From NCBI RefSeq assembly GCF_020745735.1, contig NC_083418.1, positions 25,809,776 to 25,873,775 on the forward strand: a DNA stretch of 64,000 bases, read 5' to 3'. Under the pieces are notes generated by a model. It worked only from the letters and a program-made list of their open reading frames with translations, was not told the DNA's origin and made no database searches. Of the stretch, positions 37,801 to 49,151 are shown one piece after another (position 1 is the stretch's first letter; every line of letters begins with the position of its first letter). Source of the stretch: Hemiscyllium ocellatum (Eukaryota). The position numbers and the translations under genes were made by a program.

Positions 37801-38763
37801 TCTGGCAGCTCCCTCCATGCATGCACCACCCAGTTGCCCCTCAGGTGCCTTTTAAATTTTTCCCCTCTGAATCCCTGGAATGAAACCTGAACTGGCAATC
37901 TTCTGAATTAACAGGAGTTCCACCAAGCCCTGGCACCGTGAAGTCCGAGAGAACAATAGCAACAGTTTGCATTAATGGAGCAGCTTTAACACAGTAAAGC
38001 ATTCCATGGTGTTTAAGTTATGAGACAAAACTCGATATCCAATCATGAAGAAAATATCAGGGTAGCTTTTAAAGAAGCAGCCTAAAGAACAGAGAGGTAG
38101 AGGTCGAAAAACAAATTTCAGATTTATGGCCCTGGCAGCTGTAAACTTAGTTATCAATGGTGGAATGGTGAAACTTGAAGATGCTAGAATTGGAGTAACA
38201 ACGATCTTGGAGGATGTTTTGGCTAGAGGCGGCTGAAGTTAGACACAGGACCCCTTCTTATGCCCAAAATGTTGAATTTTCCTGCTCCTCTGATGCTGCC
38301 TGACCTGCTGTGCTTTTCCAGCACCACACTCTTGACTAGCATCTACAGTACTCACTATCACCTGAAGTCAGGGGTGACTGAGGTCACAGAGGTACTTGAA
38401 AACGAGGCATAGAATTTTAATTTTGAATGTTTCCAAAATGAAAGCCAATGGAGATTGAAAACCAGAGCAAGTGACTGGAGAAATGAATTGGATGCAAGTT
38501 AGGAAAAACAAAAAAAAGAGTATCATATTGAACATGTTTAGCAGTATGTGGAGAAAAGAACAGAGTAAATGCTTCAAATAAGAGTCATCCTGAAATGTTA
38601 ATTTTACTCTAACCTTAATTGACTTACAGTAGGGAAAGAATGAACCCCTTGGTTCATTAATGTCAAGATTACATCTACACTTTCACTGGTGACACAAAGA
38701 TTTAATTATATTCTGTTTTACACCTTGGCAATCTTAGCGGTATATGCATTTGCTCAGCAACAT

Positions 38764-39097
38764 ACAGTGGCATGGTGACTCAGTGGTCAGTACTGCTGCC
38801 TCACAGCACCAGGGACCCACGTCCGATTTCAGCCCTGGGTAACCATCCGTGTGGGATTTGCACATTCTCTCACAGAGTCTGAATGGGTTTGCGCTGGGCG
38901 CTCTGGTTTCCACCCACAATCCAAAGATGTGCAAGTTAGGTGAATTGGCCATACCAAATTGCCTATAGTGTTCGGAGATGCAGGGGGTTATGTGCATTAG
39001 TCAGGGGTAAATGTAGAGTAATAGGGTAGGGGTGGGTTTGACTTCAGAGGGTCGGTGTGGACTTGTTGGGCCGACTGTAGCGATTCTATGGGATTCT
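38764..39097 (+). mobile_element. tRNA-derived SINE (HE1-type) in RPLP2 intron 3
   Basis: Same head, core and tail as the other copies. Confidence 0.8.
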
Positions 39098-39323
39098 GAA
39101 AATCTCAGACTCCACCACACCAATGATAAATGAATCTACTTTGGCAAGATCTACACATTTAAAACACATTTGGATAAGTACTTGTACAGGAAAGGTTTGA
39201 AGGGAAATGGGCCAGCAGTAGGCAGGTGGGACTAGTTTACTTTGGGATTATGTTATGCATAGATTGGTTGGACTGTAGGATCTGTTTCCTCGGTGTATGA
39301 TTATGTTAAACAAGGTTACTTAC

Positions 39324-39372
39324 CAGCAGCGATGACATCATCCACGTTCTTGCCTTTCAGCTCACTGATAAC
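39324..39372 (-). CDS. RPLP2: 60S acidic ribosomal protein P2, exon 3
   Basis: 49-nt exon CAG|VISELKGKNVDDVIAA-G|GTAAGT. Confidence 0.97.
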
Positions 39373-39457
39373 CTGAAATTCATTTATAATATGATCACCA
39401 CCAGAAGAGTGAAAATTCAGCCAATCACAGCATGCTCAAACCCAGAGAAACTAATAC

Positions 39458-39580
39458 CTTATTCAGCCGTTCATCATCAGCTTCAATACCAACACTGTCT
39501 AAAATCTTCTTAATGTCCTTTGAAGATGGTGAGGTATTGCCACCCAATACAGCAAGGAGATAAGCTGCGACGTAACGCAT
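39458..39580 (-). CDS. RPLP2: 60S acidic ribosomal protein P2, exon 2 (start codon)
   Basis: Acceptor TTTTTTTAG|A then ATG; MRYVAAYLLAVLGGNTSPSSKDIKKILDSVGIEADDERLNK; donor |GTATTA. The four coding exons sum to 336 nt (111 aa plus stop). Confidence 0.98.
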
Positions 39581-40839
39581 TCTAAAAAAAGGAAAGAATT
39601 TAGCTTCAGTTATCCTTGTATAGAAAAATTGCAAAACATTTGATTGCTATTCTGCAGAAGGCACAAACTCTTGATTTCTTACAGCATTGTAGTTTCCACA
39701 GTAGCTTTCTAAAACAAACTTTTTATCTATTTGTTAATCAATTTCTCTAATCCCTGGTCCAGATGGCGTTACAACTCCATGGCAATTAGTTGCCTTTAGC
39801 ATTAACAAGACCACAGTGGACCCATACACATTTCCAGAAACGGGCATTGTCACAAAGCTCCACAATACACAAACAGCTAGTGGAACCTGAGGCATCATGT
39901 TTCTTTTCAGGCTAGTCTGTATTCTACAATCCTTGCCCAATGTCACTTTAGCTGACTGGTCCATTACATTAAATCCAAAACCACATTAAAGCATCATGAG
40001 AGAATTCTACCGGCTAGGCAAGTGACTTGGCAGCATTGGTTACCACTGCTGCCAAGAATTTGGCATCTCAACCAGTGTGAAAGGTCATAAAAGTAGGACA
40101 GATGGGTGAAATTTTCCCATTTAGATGCCAAAACACTGAAGGGTGCTCAAACGGTTTCCTCCTTCAGTCTGTATTTGTTTACTCTGAACATCAGGTGAAG
40201 TTATGCTGCTTATCAAACTGCCATCACTATGAGCAAAAAGTGAATGCAGGTCAATTACTGCTCGAACCTAGGAAATCTATCCAATAAATCATGGCTACAA
40301 AACAGACAATAATCAGGAATTTTGTTTGGCTGGGGTGGGTAAGAGAAAACTGACGAAGGAGCAGCATTCCAAAGGCTGGTACTGCCAAATAAACGTGCTG
40401 GACCACAACCGGGTGTTATGCGGTTTTTAACTTTATCAAACGCAGTCCAACACCTCTTTATCAAGGTAGATTAGAATTGTGGAACAATTGAGGTGGGGGA
40501 ACCAAGTATAATAAGCCTAATAAACACTTTCACATCGTGCATGCGGACGTGTTAAATGGTTCTCTAGCAGGGATTTTATAAGGTGCGCATTTTGTTGTAA
40601 ATTGCGTGACTTGCTTCATTATTGGTTACCCCGCAGCTCCTTTGACATCAGGTCCTGAAAGCCCCTGCAAAAATCAGGCACTTGCAAAACCAAATTTCTT
40701 GAAGCGCTTAAGAAATTGTGGGGTTGGACAGCAGCTTTTGCAACTTGCAGAACGTTTTGCAATACTTTTAAGCGCTCCTGAATGGATGTTTACTTCACTG
40801 GAGCGAACATATACAAAAACGTGAAAGAGATTCGTGCGC

Positions 40840-41360
40840 AAGGGCGGTAAGTATCGAAAAGGTGCTTTTGCAGGGCCAGCTCCTGGAGCAGACCCCGTGG
40901 CCCGCGCGCCATGGAACGCAGGCGCTGCTTACATTCCAAAAAGGAACGCGGCGGCGGCGCCGGCACAATCGAGCAGGCCCAAGGGCACGTGGAGACCGCG
41001 CGGCCTCCACTTCCGGCTGATCCCCGTTCCCTTCGGGTACGCGGCGGCCCTCCGCCGACAAGGCCTCGGCAGTGGAGGGATGAGGCTACCGCCGGGGCCA
41101 CCGGTCTGAACTGACGAAAAGGACCGGGGGGAAATTGCGGTGAACTCACCTGACGGGCCGGCTGAGGCAGTCGGGAGCGGAGCAGGAGCAGGCCTGGCCT
41201 CGGGTCTCTCCTCACACACTGGGCGTCGGACGCTAAAAGAACGAGCCTCGTCCTGACGCTCAGACATAAAGGACATGCGCCGGCACGCCCCAATATCATT
41301 GGACACGCCCGAGCCAATAGAAACAGCCGCTTGAATAACCCTTCATCCCATTGGTCACAA
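40840..41360 (-). promoter_or_regulatory. RPLP2 CpG-island promoter
   Basis: High CpG density; four CCAAT/ATTGG boxes at about 41300-41355. In intron 1 there are an ETS/GABP site CACTTCCGG (41008-41016), an E-box CACGTG (40986-40991) and a YY1-like CGCCATGG (40907-40914), typical of ribosomal-protein genes. Confidence 0.8.
41150..41239 (-). other. RPLP2: RPLP2 non-coding exon 1 with 5'TOP/TCT initiator
   Basis: Minus strand begins with the pyrimidine tract TTCTTTT (TCT initiator, C at about 41239) and ends at CAG|GTGAGT (donor 41149-41144), inside a CpG island. Confidence 0.8.
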
Positions 41361-41579
41361 GTTCTCGTCAGCTTTGTCAGGATGCAGAGTGGGTAAGACA
41401 GAGCAACGAGCTCTTGGAATCGTTTATTGTAGCAATAAAGGCTGCAGCAAGATACTGTAAACATGTATTTGGTATCTCTCTGTATGATTGACAACAGAGG
41501 GATACTTTTTGATTTGCCTGTCAGTGCAAATGGGAAATTCAGAAACTGCGGCCACAAGTAATATTCTTATAGCCCTGGT

Positions 41580-41955
41580 TAAAAATCACAACAACAGGTT
41601 ATAGTCCAGTAGGTTTACTTAGAAGCACTAGCTTTCAGACCGCTGCTCCTTCATCCCTATTAGTTTTGCATGGCTGGATGAAGAACTGGTTGTCAAAGGT
41701 GAAAACGTGTTCAAGGATGAAGCGGATAAGTTGTAGGATGGTGCTCAGAGGTTGGCAGTTGTTGCGATACAGTCATCATGTGGGATGACGATGTAGAGTG
41801 CTGAAACGTGCATTGATGAAGAATGTACTCGGTTTGACTGGTCCTTCGCTCTGAAAGCTCGTGTTCCAAATACACCTGTTGGACTATAACCTGCTATTGT
41901 GATTTTTTAAAAAAAACTTTGACTACCCCAGTCCAACACTGGCTCCTCCACATCA
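41580..41955. mobile_element. PLE-derived fold-back element, family B, with RT fragment in loop
   Basis: Inverted arms; 12-bp TSD TATAGCC(C/A)TGGT at 41568-41579 and 41956-41967. Confidence 0.8.
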
Positions 41956-42414
41956 TATAGCCATGGTGTCCCTGACAGTCACACATCCCATCGTATGTGG
42001 AGGCTCTGTGCAAACAAAGATATCATACACCAATACTTAACACAAAAATACATGAACGTGAGTATTTTTACCAGGAAAACTCTATTTAGGATTGGAAGGA
42101 AATCTGTAAAAGATGCAATTTGGCCATTATCTTAAGCTTACTTTCATTGTTTATGACCTGCTGTGAAGATTGTCTCAAGAGAAAGATTGAGAGCCACACG
42201 GTCTTCCAACACCTCAACTTTGCATGGAGGTTTTACCTACTGAACAAAAGGTTACATCTTGAACAATATGCCTTCCTTGAAATTAAACAGCTAACCTCAT
42301 CAATACTCTTGTTTTGCTGAGACATGGTTAGATTTGTGAAATGAAATTTCTGTTATTACAATAGTAGACATTGTAGTTTACAACTTTCATTGTGACAGAA
42401 AGTAACAAAATTTA

Positions 42415-42858
42415 AGTTTACAAGGATGTTGCCAGGGTTGGAGGATTTGAGCTATAGCGAAAGGCTTAAGGGGCTGGGGCTGTTTTCCCTGGAGTGTCGA
42501 GGCTGAGGGGTGACCTTATAGAGGTTTACAAAATTGAGGGATATGGATAGGGTAAATAGGCAAAGTCTTTTCCCTGGTGTCAGGGAGTCCAGAACTAGAG
42601 GGCATAGGTTTAGGGTGAGAGGGGAAAGGTATAAAAGAGACCTACGGGGCAACCTTTTCACACAGAGTGGTACGTGTATGGAATGAGCTGCCAGAAGTAG
42701 TGGTCGAGGCTGGTACAATTGCAACATTTAAGAGGGGTATATGAATAGGAAGGGTTTGGAAGGAAAATGGGCCAGGTGCTGGCAGGTGGGATTAGATTGG
42801 GTTGGGATATCTGGTCAGTGTGGACGTGTTTCCATGCTATACATCTCTATGACTCTAA
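42415..42858 (+). mobile_element. CR1 LINE 3' fragment
   Basis: Near copy of 15305-15780. Confidence 0.85.
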
Positions 42859-43800
42859 GTACCCCAAGTGCTGGCATGCATGGGTGTTCTGCATGGAGCT
42901 AATCACAGCCAGAACCATCCTGTCACCATGCCATGAATGCATTTGTTTTAGGAAAAAACAACAAAAGAGTTTTCAGAATTACTGTGGAAATATTCAAAAT
43001 TTTGCGTTTGCCAACTTTGGGAGTTCAGTGCTCAGAAGTTCAATGTGATGTAAAAGGAAACACTAAGTTTAAACATATACATTACACTCACCAAAGTAAC
43101 AAGGTGGGAAATCAGTTCACTTCTCCATCCTCCAAGTCCATAGCACCTGGAGTATTTCCTTGTGCAGGAGTCTGATGTGAGAATTGTGAACTACTCCTGC
43201 CAGTCCAACTGTTAAACCTGAAACTATAGGTTTTCAATGGTCAGTAGCAAGTCTGACCCACATTTTTGCCTGGTATCTTAATCTAACCATGACTCCACAC
43301 GTTGTGCTGCAGAGTACAATTGATAATAAATGCCTCTAGCTTCCCTCCGGCCAAAGCCGGCATGTGCTATCAACTACAGTTGGTCTGCCTTTACAATTCA
43401 TCTGCCGCTCCACAGAAGCAATGACAAATGGTTTACTCGGGTCCCGACAAGGTTAGGTACCATGTGACCTCCTGCACGTTCACTTAAGCAGTTTATTTAC
43501 ATAAAGACACAGTATCTTAACACTAGGTGAATAGGCACTGGTAATCCATGGCATTTTCAAGTTAGACAAATTTTAAGAATCAAGCAAATTTTATCTGCAT
43601 TTTAAAAACATTTTCCTGCAGATTTTCGACAAAATTACAAACACCAAATAATAGCTTGTTTTGTAATATTGTAGCCAGTCAGCTGGATTGACAAGAAAGA
43701 ATGTTGTGAGCAATTTATTGTTTAGTGATATAATGAGATGATTCAACTTCATATTGCTCACTATGATGATGAGCTCAATTAAAATGAAAATTAAAAAGAA

Positions 43801-44433
43801 AAAGGCCTACTTCTTTAAACTTCAATTCAAGTTTACAGAAACTAAAAGGCAAGTGTTCTGCCATTTCACCAGTATAGTTTCAACAGGCAGTTAGCTGCTG
43901 CATTAAATACGGTAGTAGTGTGGGATATCAAATGATAGCTTATCACTACAGAGGGCAAATAGTCCATAAACCTACTCAAGTAATGATGAACAGGTGCCGG
44001 TGGTGGACAAAGTTTAAAAATCAGAGTCTAGATTAGAGTGGTGCTGGAAAAACACAACAGGTCAGGCAGCATCCAAGGAGCAGGAAAATCAATGTTTCGG
44101 CAAAAGCCCTTCATCAGGAATGCCTGAAACGTTGATTTTCCTGCTTCTCGGATGCTGCCTGACCTGCTGTGCTTTTCCAGCACCACTCTAATCTAGACTC
44201 TGATTTTTAAACTTTGTCCACCCAAGTCCAACACTGGCACCTGTTCATCATTACTTGAGTAGGTTTATGGACTATTTGCCCTCGGTAGTGATAAGCTATC
44301 ATTTGATATCCCACACTACTACTGTATTTAATGCAGCAGCTAACTGCCTGTTGAAACTATACTGGTGAAATGGCAGAACACTTGCCTTTTAGTTTCTGTA
44401 AACTTGAACTGAAGTTTAAAGAAGTAGGCCTTT
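43801..44433. repeat. 633-bp near-perfect palindrome
   Basis: Arm 43801-44102 is the reverse complement of 44121-44433 (about 9 substitutions, one 10-nt and one 1-nt indel by eye), with an 18-nt spacer. Confidence 0.95.
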
Positions 44434-44718
44434 CCAGCTTTTCCAGCACCACTCTAATCTAGACTCTGATCTCCAGCATTTGCAGTGCTCACTTTTGCAA
44501 AAGTTAAAAATCACAACACCAAGTTACAGTCCGAATGGTTTATTTGGAAGTACTAGCTTTTGGCGCACTGCTCATTTGGCAGGTAGCTGTGAAGCAGGAT
44601 TATGAATTTGGTGTTTTATGATCCTGCTTCACAGCTCCCTGATGAAGGAGCAGTGCTCCGAAAGTTAATACTTCCAAATAAATCTGTTGGAGTATAAGCT
44701 GGTGTTGTGATTTTTAAT
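43984..44718. mobile_element. Family B fold-back element hosting a nested family A insertion
   Basis: Outer TSD CCTAC(T/G)CAAGTAA at 43971-43983 and 44719-44731; inner duplication AAAGTT(T)AAAAATCA at 44009-44023 and 44500-44513. Confidence 0.8.
44636..44670 (+). ncRNA. Minimal hammerhead ribozyme motif (family B)
   Basis: CTGATGA a GGAGC-agt-GCTCC GAAA gt TA: core and stem II intact, stem I degenerate. A sister copy lies on the minus strand at 216-246. Confidence 0.55.
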
Positions 44719-45095
44719 CCTACGCAAGTAAGTTCTAGCCTTATTTTTAAAGGAAGAAAACTTGTTAGAAAGGATATATAATTGATGGATCAATATGACG
44801 ACGGGTGTTCAGGAAGTTAAAAAAATTGACTTGTTTACAGTCTAGGTTGACAACATCTCACAAAAAGACATGTCTCAAGGTAGACTCATTGAACTTGAAA
44901 CTAACTATTTCTCTCTCTCTCTTTCAGATGTTGCCAGACTTGCTGAGTTTCTCCAGCACACTTACACAACCAATTGCAAGTGTTGCATATGACATCTGGA
45001 GAGAAGGGCAGAGACATCATCTTTGAGCTATGGTTGCTGGTCTTGAAAACATGGCTTCATTTTCAAATATCAAAATGACTTGTCCATTTAGATAT

Positions 45096-45425
45096 GAGCT
45101 GAGAAATGTGTTGCTGGAAAAGTGCAGCAGGTCAGGCAGCATCCAAGGAGTGGGAGAATCAACGTTTCAGGCATCAGCCCTTCTTCAGGAATGAGGAGGG
45201 TGTGCCGAGCAGGCTAAGATGAAAGGTAGGGAGGAGGGACTTGGGGGAGGGGCATTGGGAATGCAATAGGTGGAAGGAGGTCAAGGTGAGGGTGATAGGC
45301 CAGAGAGGGGGTGGGGGCGGAGAGGTCCCGAAAAGTCGATTCTCCTGTTCCTTGGATGCTGCCTGACCTGCTGCGTTTTTCCAGCAACACATTTTTCAGC
45401 TCTGATCTCCAGCCCTCACTTTCTC
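45096..45425. mobile_element. PLE-derived fold-back element, family A
   Basis: Inverted arms around a partial pseudo-LTR; intact HHR core on the minus strand. Confidence 0.8.
45157..45192 (-). ncRNA. Minimal hammerhead ribozyme motif (family A)
   Basis: Reverse complement reads attc CTGAAGA a GGGC-tgat-GCCT GAAA cg TT^ gatt; core intact. Confidence 0.65.
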
Positions 45426-46169
45426 CCATTTAGGTCTGAACAAAGTTTGTTCTCTCCTCCATCCACCCTTCACCTCCCCCCCACCCCCCAAACAAACACA
45501 TACACATCTTGGGATACAGTTTGCAAGCCAAGGTTAGCTTTCAGATAGTCATTACACCCAGATTTGGAATATCTGGCAATGCAGGTTCCTGTGTTCAGCT
45601 GGCTATGGAGTACTGCCTTCACATCCACCAATTGTCCACAGAAACTGTGTGATTAATTCAGGAAAGCTTTATGCATGCTGTCAATGCCAGATACGCAGTA
45701 CTTTGCCAGAATCCCCATGTTGGGATTGGTAACTGATGTTACCAAATCCCAGAAAGCAAAGATTGAACATTCTAGTTGTTTAGTATGATTTATATAGGTA
45801 GTCCAAGGAGTGTGTCCATAAAGTAGTGATACAACAACCAATCACACTGATGAAGCTATACATTACCAAGTGCTAAATTACCATACATGTGTTCAATTTC
45901 TGCAAATTACTAGTAATTTTGTGTAACAAAAAAAGCCTTGAAAGATTGATTGTCCAATTTACAGCTTCAGAGATGCTAGAGTGATGAAATGGAGTCCTCT
46001 TACAATACACCTTAGTGAGTGGGTAGATGTAATGTCTTCTATGGTCTGGGACTCATGCTCACCATCACATAATTATTCCTCATCTTCCATTTGCTATGGC
46101 CCAAGATGTTGTGTTTTGAGTGAGTGCTGTCTACTGCTGGGACAGTTATGACATGCCTTTTAAAAGAAC

Positions 46170-46336
46170 GATTTGGAGATGCCGATGTTGGACTGAAGTG
46201 TACAAAGTTAAAAATCACACAATACCAGGTTATCGTCCAACAGGTTTAATTGGAAGCACACTATCTTTTGGTGCGTCACTCCGAAAGCTAGTGTGCCTCC
46301 AAATAAACCTGTTGGACTATAACCTGGTGTTGTGAT
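46170..46336. mobile_element. PLE-derived fold-back element, family B (short)
   Basis: Tail plus hairpin; 12-bp TSD TTTTAAAAGAAC at 46158-46169 and 46337-46348. Confidence 0.8.
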
Positions 46337-46699
46337 TTTTAAAAGAACACCGCCTGCTCCCCACAATGATGATTCTGCAGTAAATGACAGATGAATTAAT
46401 GTGGAACAGCCCTGGGCGTCACCCAATTAGAGTGGGTTTACACCTTATCACTGCCTTCATGGCAGCGTATGTAACTACAAATCCACGATTTACAGCTGGT
46501 GGCTGCGTGAACGTGAGGCAGGGCTGCAATTACTCTCATTCCTAATGGCTTTTATCAGTTGAGAATATTATGCCAGCATATTGCTAAGGCAAACTTGTTA
46601 CAAGTTTATTAATCAGTGAAACGCATATGCTAATGCTTATACTGCAACATGGAGTTCATTCGGCCCATAGTGTCCCTTCAGGCTAATACAAGCTATTCC

Positions 46700-47520
46700 G
46701 TTTAATCTACTCTTACAGCTGGTCATCCCTAACCCTGTCGCCAGTGCCGAACCCAAAGTGCACACGCAACCTACATAGCAATTCCAGAACGATCCGGTTT
46801 GGGTCTTTTGCTCGACGTACACAAATATAAAAGAAACAGATTTGCAAGAACTCTAGCTTGTTCAGGCGCCATTGGCTTAGGCAGTGGCGCGAGAACTTGT
46901 GTATCCTGGTCTGAAGGCTTGGTGCCTTACCATCTGTCAATCTGAGAGCGCTCAGGTGCAGTTCAAGGTAGAGAGAGTCCATTGCCTCAGACAGGGAAGC
47001 CCGATAATGAGAGGGTCGATGCTGGGGAGTCAGTGAAACCTTCAGTTCATCCACCCTGACCGGTGGAGAGAGCTCGGGAACAAAGGTGTGGAACGTTTGT
47101 AATGTCTTAACATTCTAGCGATGGAACGTCGGAAAGTTGCAACATTCTATCAACGGAACTTTGCAACATAGTAACTTCCATTTGTTGGGACACTGCCGTG
47201 AGGCGGGAAGAAATGAGTTCGCCGGCGCTTTCCAATAACTTGGTGAGACAGCAGTATAACCACATCCCGCAATCACCCGGACACTGCCATAACCCATCCG
47301 GAGCCGTTTCATTTTTGGAAGGCAAAACAAAACTTTCGACAAACCGCCCAGTTGCCACTGAGTCTTCCGCTCGATGTGAGTTTGTAAGCTGCTGTGCTGA
47401 CAAGTCATGGGGGGAAAAAATCTCCACTTTCTTTTCCTCTTCGCCACTTCTTGATCCGCAACTTTTAAATAGGCCAAACGCTTCGGTCTGTTTTCAAAGG
47501 AGTTCGCGATTGAAGTGTGC
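46700..47520 (+). promoter_or_regulatory. Probable PIDD1 promoter and non-coding first exon
   Basis: Repeat-free, CpG-enriched region divergent from RPLP2. E2F-like TGGCGCGAGAA (46885-46895) and GGCGGGAA (47202-47209), ATTGG at 46871-46875, and a candidate donor GAT|GTGAGT at 47376-47381. Assignment to PIDD1 is inferred from position. Confidence 0.55.
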
Positions 47521-49022
47521 ATTTTAAAGCAATTGTAGTAATCTGTGCTAAAGTGTGCATAACTATTTCAGTGGAGTGTGAAGTATTACTGACTTCCGGA
47601 ATGAAGACATTGAGAATTCTTTTTAGGGCTATTCTCCCCTGTTTAGAGTAAAGTAAGTTTTGTGGCGTTGGGGGCAGGGAATTAAAAGAAACTGGCTTAG
47701 TGTTAACTTGCATTAATATGGCGCCTTTAATGGAAACAATTCTTTCAGCTCTATGATAAAGCACGAGGAAAACACAAGAGATTACAGGGCGAAACGAAGC
47801 TCGGTTGAGGAGATTCTTTGTGACAATGAATGAACTTCCGCTTTTGTTGTGCGTAGGGACACTTCAAATTGACTATATTAATTGTAAAGTAATTAATGTA
47901 GAAAACGTAATTAAATAGGCAATAAGGTAACCAATTTTTACACTAATTGTTGATTTCGGCACCTTAATGTTCTTGGGTATTACTGGTGAACTTTCCATCT
48001 TTGCTAGCGTTGCTACCTGCTTTAAAAACTGACCTGACCTTCCGACCAGTATTCGTGCTGTCTATTTCTTTCTCGGTAATATCACCTAACTTCGTCCTTT
48101 CTTCGATTAATCTGTTGCTGAATCCCTCTTGTTTAACGTTTTTTTTAAAGAAACTGCAAATTTTGACTAATACCATAAACACCTGACTAGACTCAAGCTT
48201 GAGTTCAGTCAACACTCTGCTGCTATATTAATGCTGCATACGTATTAATATAAAGTTGTCAAAGTCCCAAAGGGCCACATTAGAGAGAAATGACTGGTGG
48301 CAACTTCATCTGAAGGTCGCCACACTTGAAACAAGGAGTGGTTGTCAAGGCAGGACCGTGAAGGTAATCTCAGCCACCGTGATAATGTGCTGTTGGCATC
48401 ATTCTGCATCACAGCCAGCTGACCAATCCCCTTGCCTGCAGTTGATTCTAATGAGAGAACAACCTAATGCCTTAACATATATCATGTCTCATAAACGCAT
48501 TATCCCTGCTATTAATCAACACATCATGCAAGTTGTATCTGAACTTTGTTGTGGACTCACTTTTATGATCTTTCCTCTCCCTATTTCCAAAATTTATTCC
48601 AGTCCCACAGGCCTCAACGATATCTGCACTCTGGTTTTGGCCTCTTGAATCTCCTGATTTTAATTATTCCACCAGTTTTCAGCTGCCAGATCCTAAGCTC
48701 TGGAATCTCTTCCTTTAAAGCTCCTTGCCTTTCTCCTTTAAGATGTTTCATAAAACCTACCTCTGTCAAGGAGCTTTAGGCCGTCTGCCCTAATATCACT
48801 TGTGTAGCTTGGGGTCAATGTTTGGTTTATAAAGTACCTGAGAAGTGCCTTGGTGTGTTTTATTACACAAACAGCACCATTATAAATACAAGTGGCTTCT
48901 GAAGTGGCAAATAGGAGCTTTGTTTTTACAAGTCATTGAAAAATTACCCTGATATTGAAGCAGTTCCTCAACGTTGCCCTGATGTACAAGCTCTTGATGA
49001 TGTGCTCAAGTTCTAATGTAAG

Positions 49023-49151
49023 TAGATTTGTAGCTCGGGTGCTCGTTGTTGTGGTTCTGTTCGCCGAGCACCCGAGTTACAAATCTTCTCACAAACTTTG
49101 AACACCTACGTGTGCAACAAAAACTCCCAGCTCGGCGAACAGAACCACAAC
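49023..49151. mobile_element. Small rearranged insertion related to PLE family C termini
   Basis: Two interleaved inverted repeats; perfect 14-bp TSD AGTTCTAATGTAAG at 49009-49022 and 49152-49165. Confidence 0.7.

Noticed and set aside
39425-39634. Track ORF as a single-exon 69-aa protein
   Set aside because: Only 39458-39580 is exon; the extensions are intron read-through past clear splice sites.
40790-41557. 255-aa ORF and other overlapping ORFs at the RPLP2 promoter
   Set aside because: GC-rich CpG-island sequence with few stops; it spans the promoter, non-coding exon 1 and intron 1 and has no recognisable domain.
7616-46336. Short palindromic repeats read as a CRISPR array or as classical MITEs
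   Set aside because: They are dispersed rather than arrayed, in a eukaryote. The arms are asymmetric with variable long TSDs and are homologous to PLE pseudo-LTRs.
46591-46607. Palindrome AAACTTGTTACAAGTTT as a p53 site
   Set aside because: The half-sites overlap by 3 nt, so the spacing is incompatible with a canonical p53 tetramer site.
46637-47764. Cluster of 60-135 aa ORFs on both strands
   Set aside because: No recognisable protein similarity; better explained as promoter and 5' UTR sequence.
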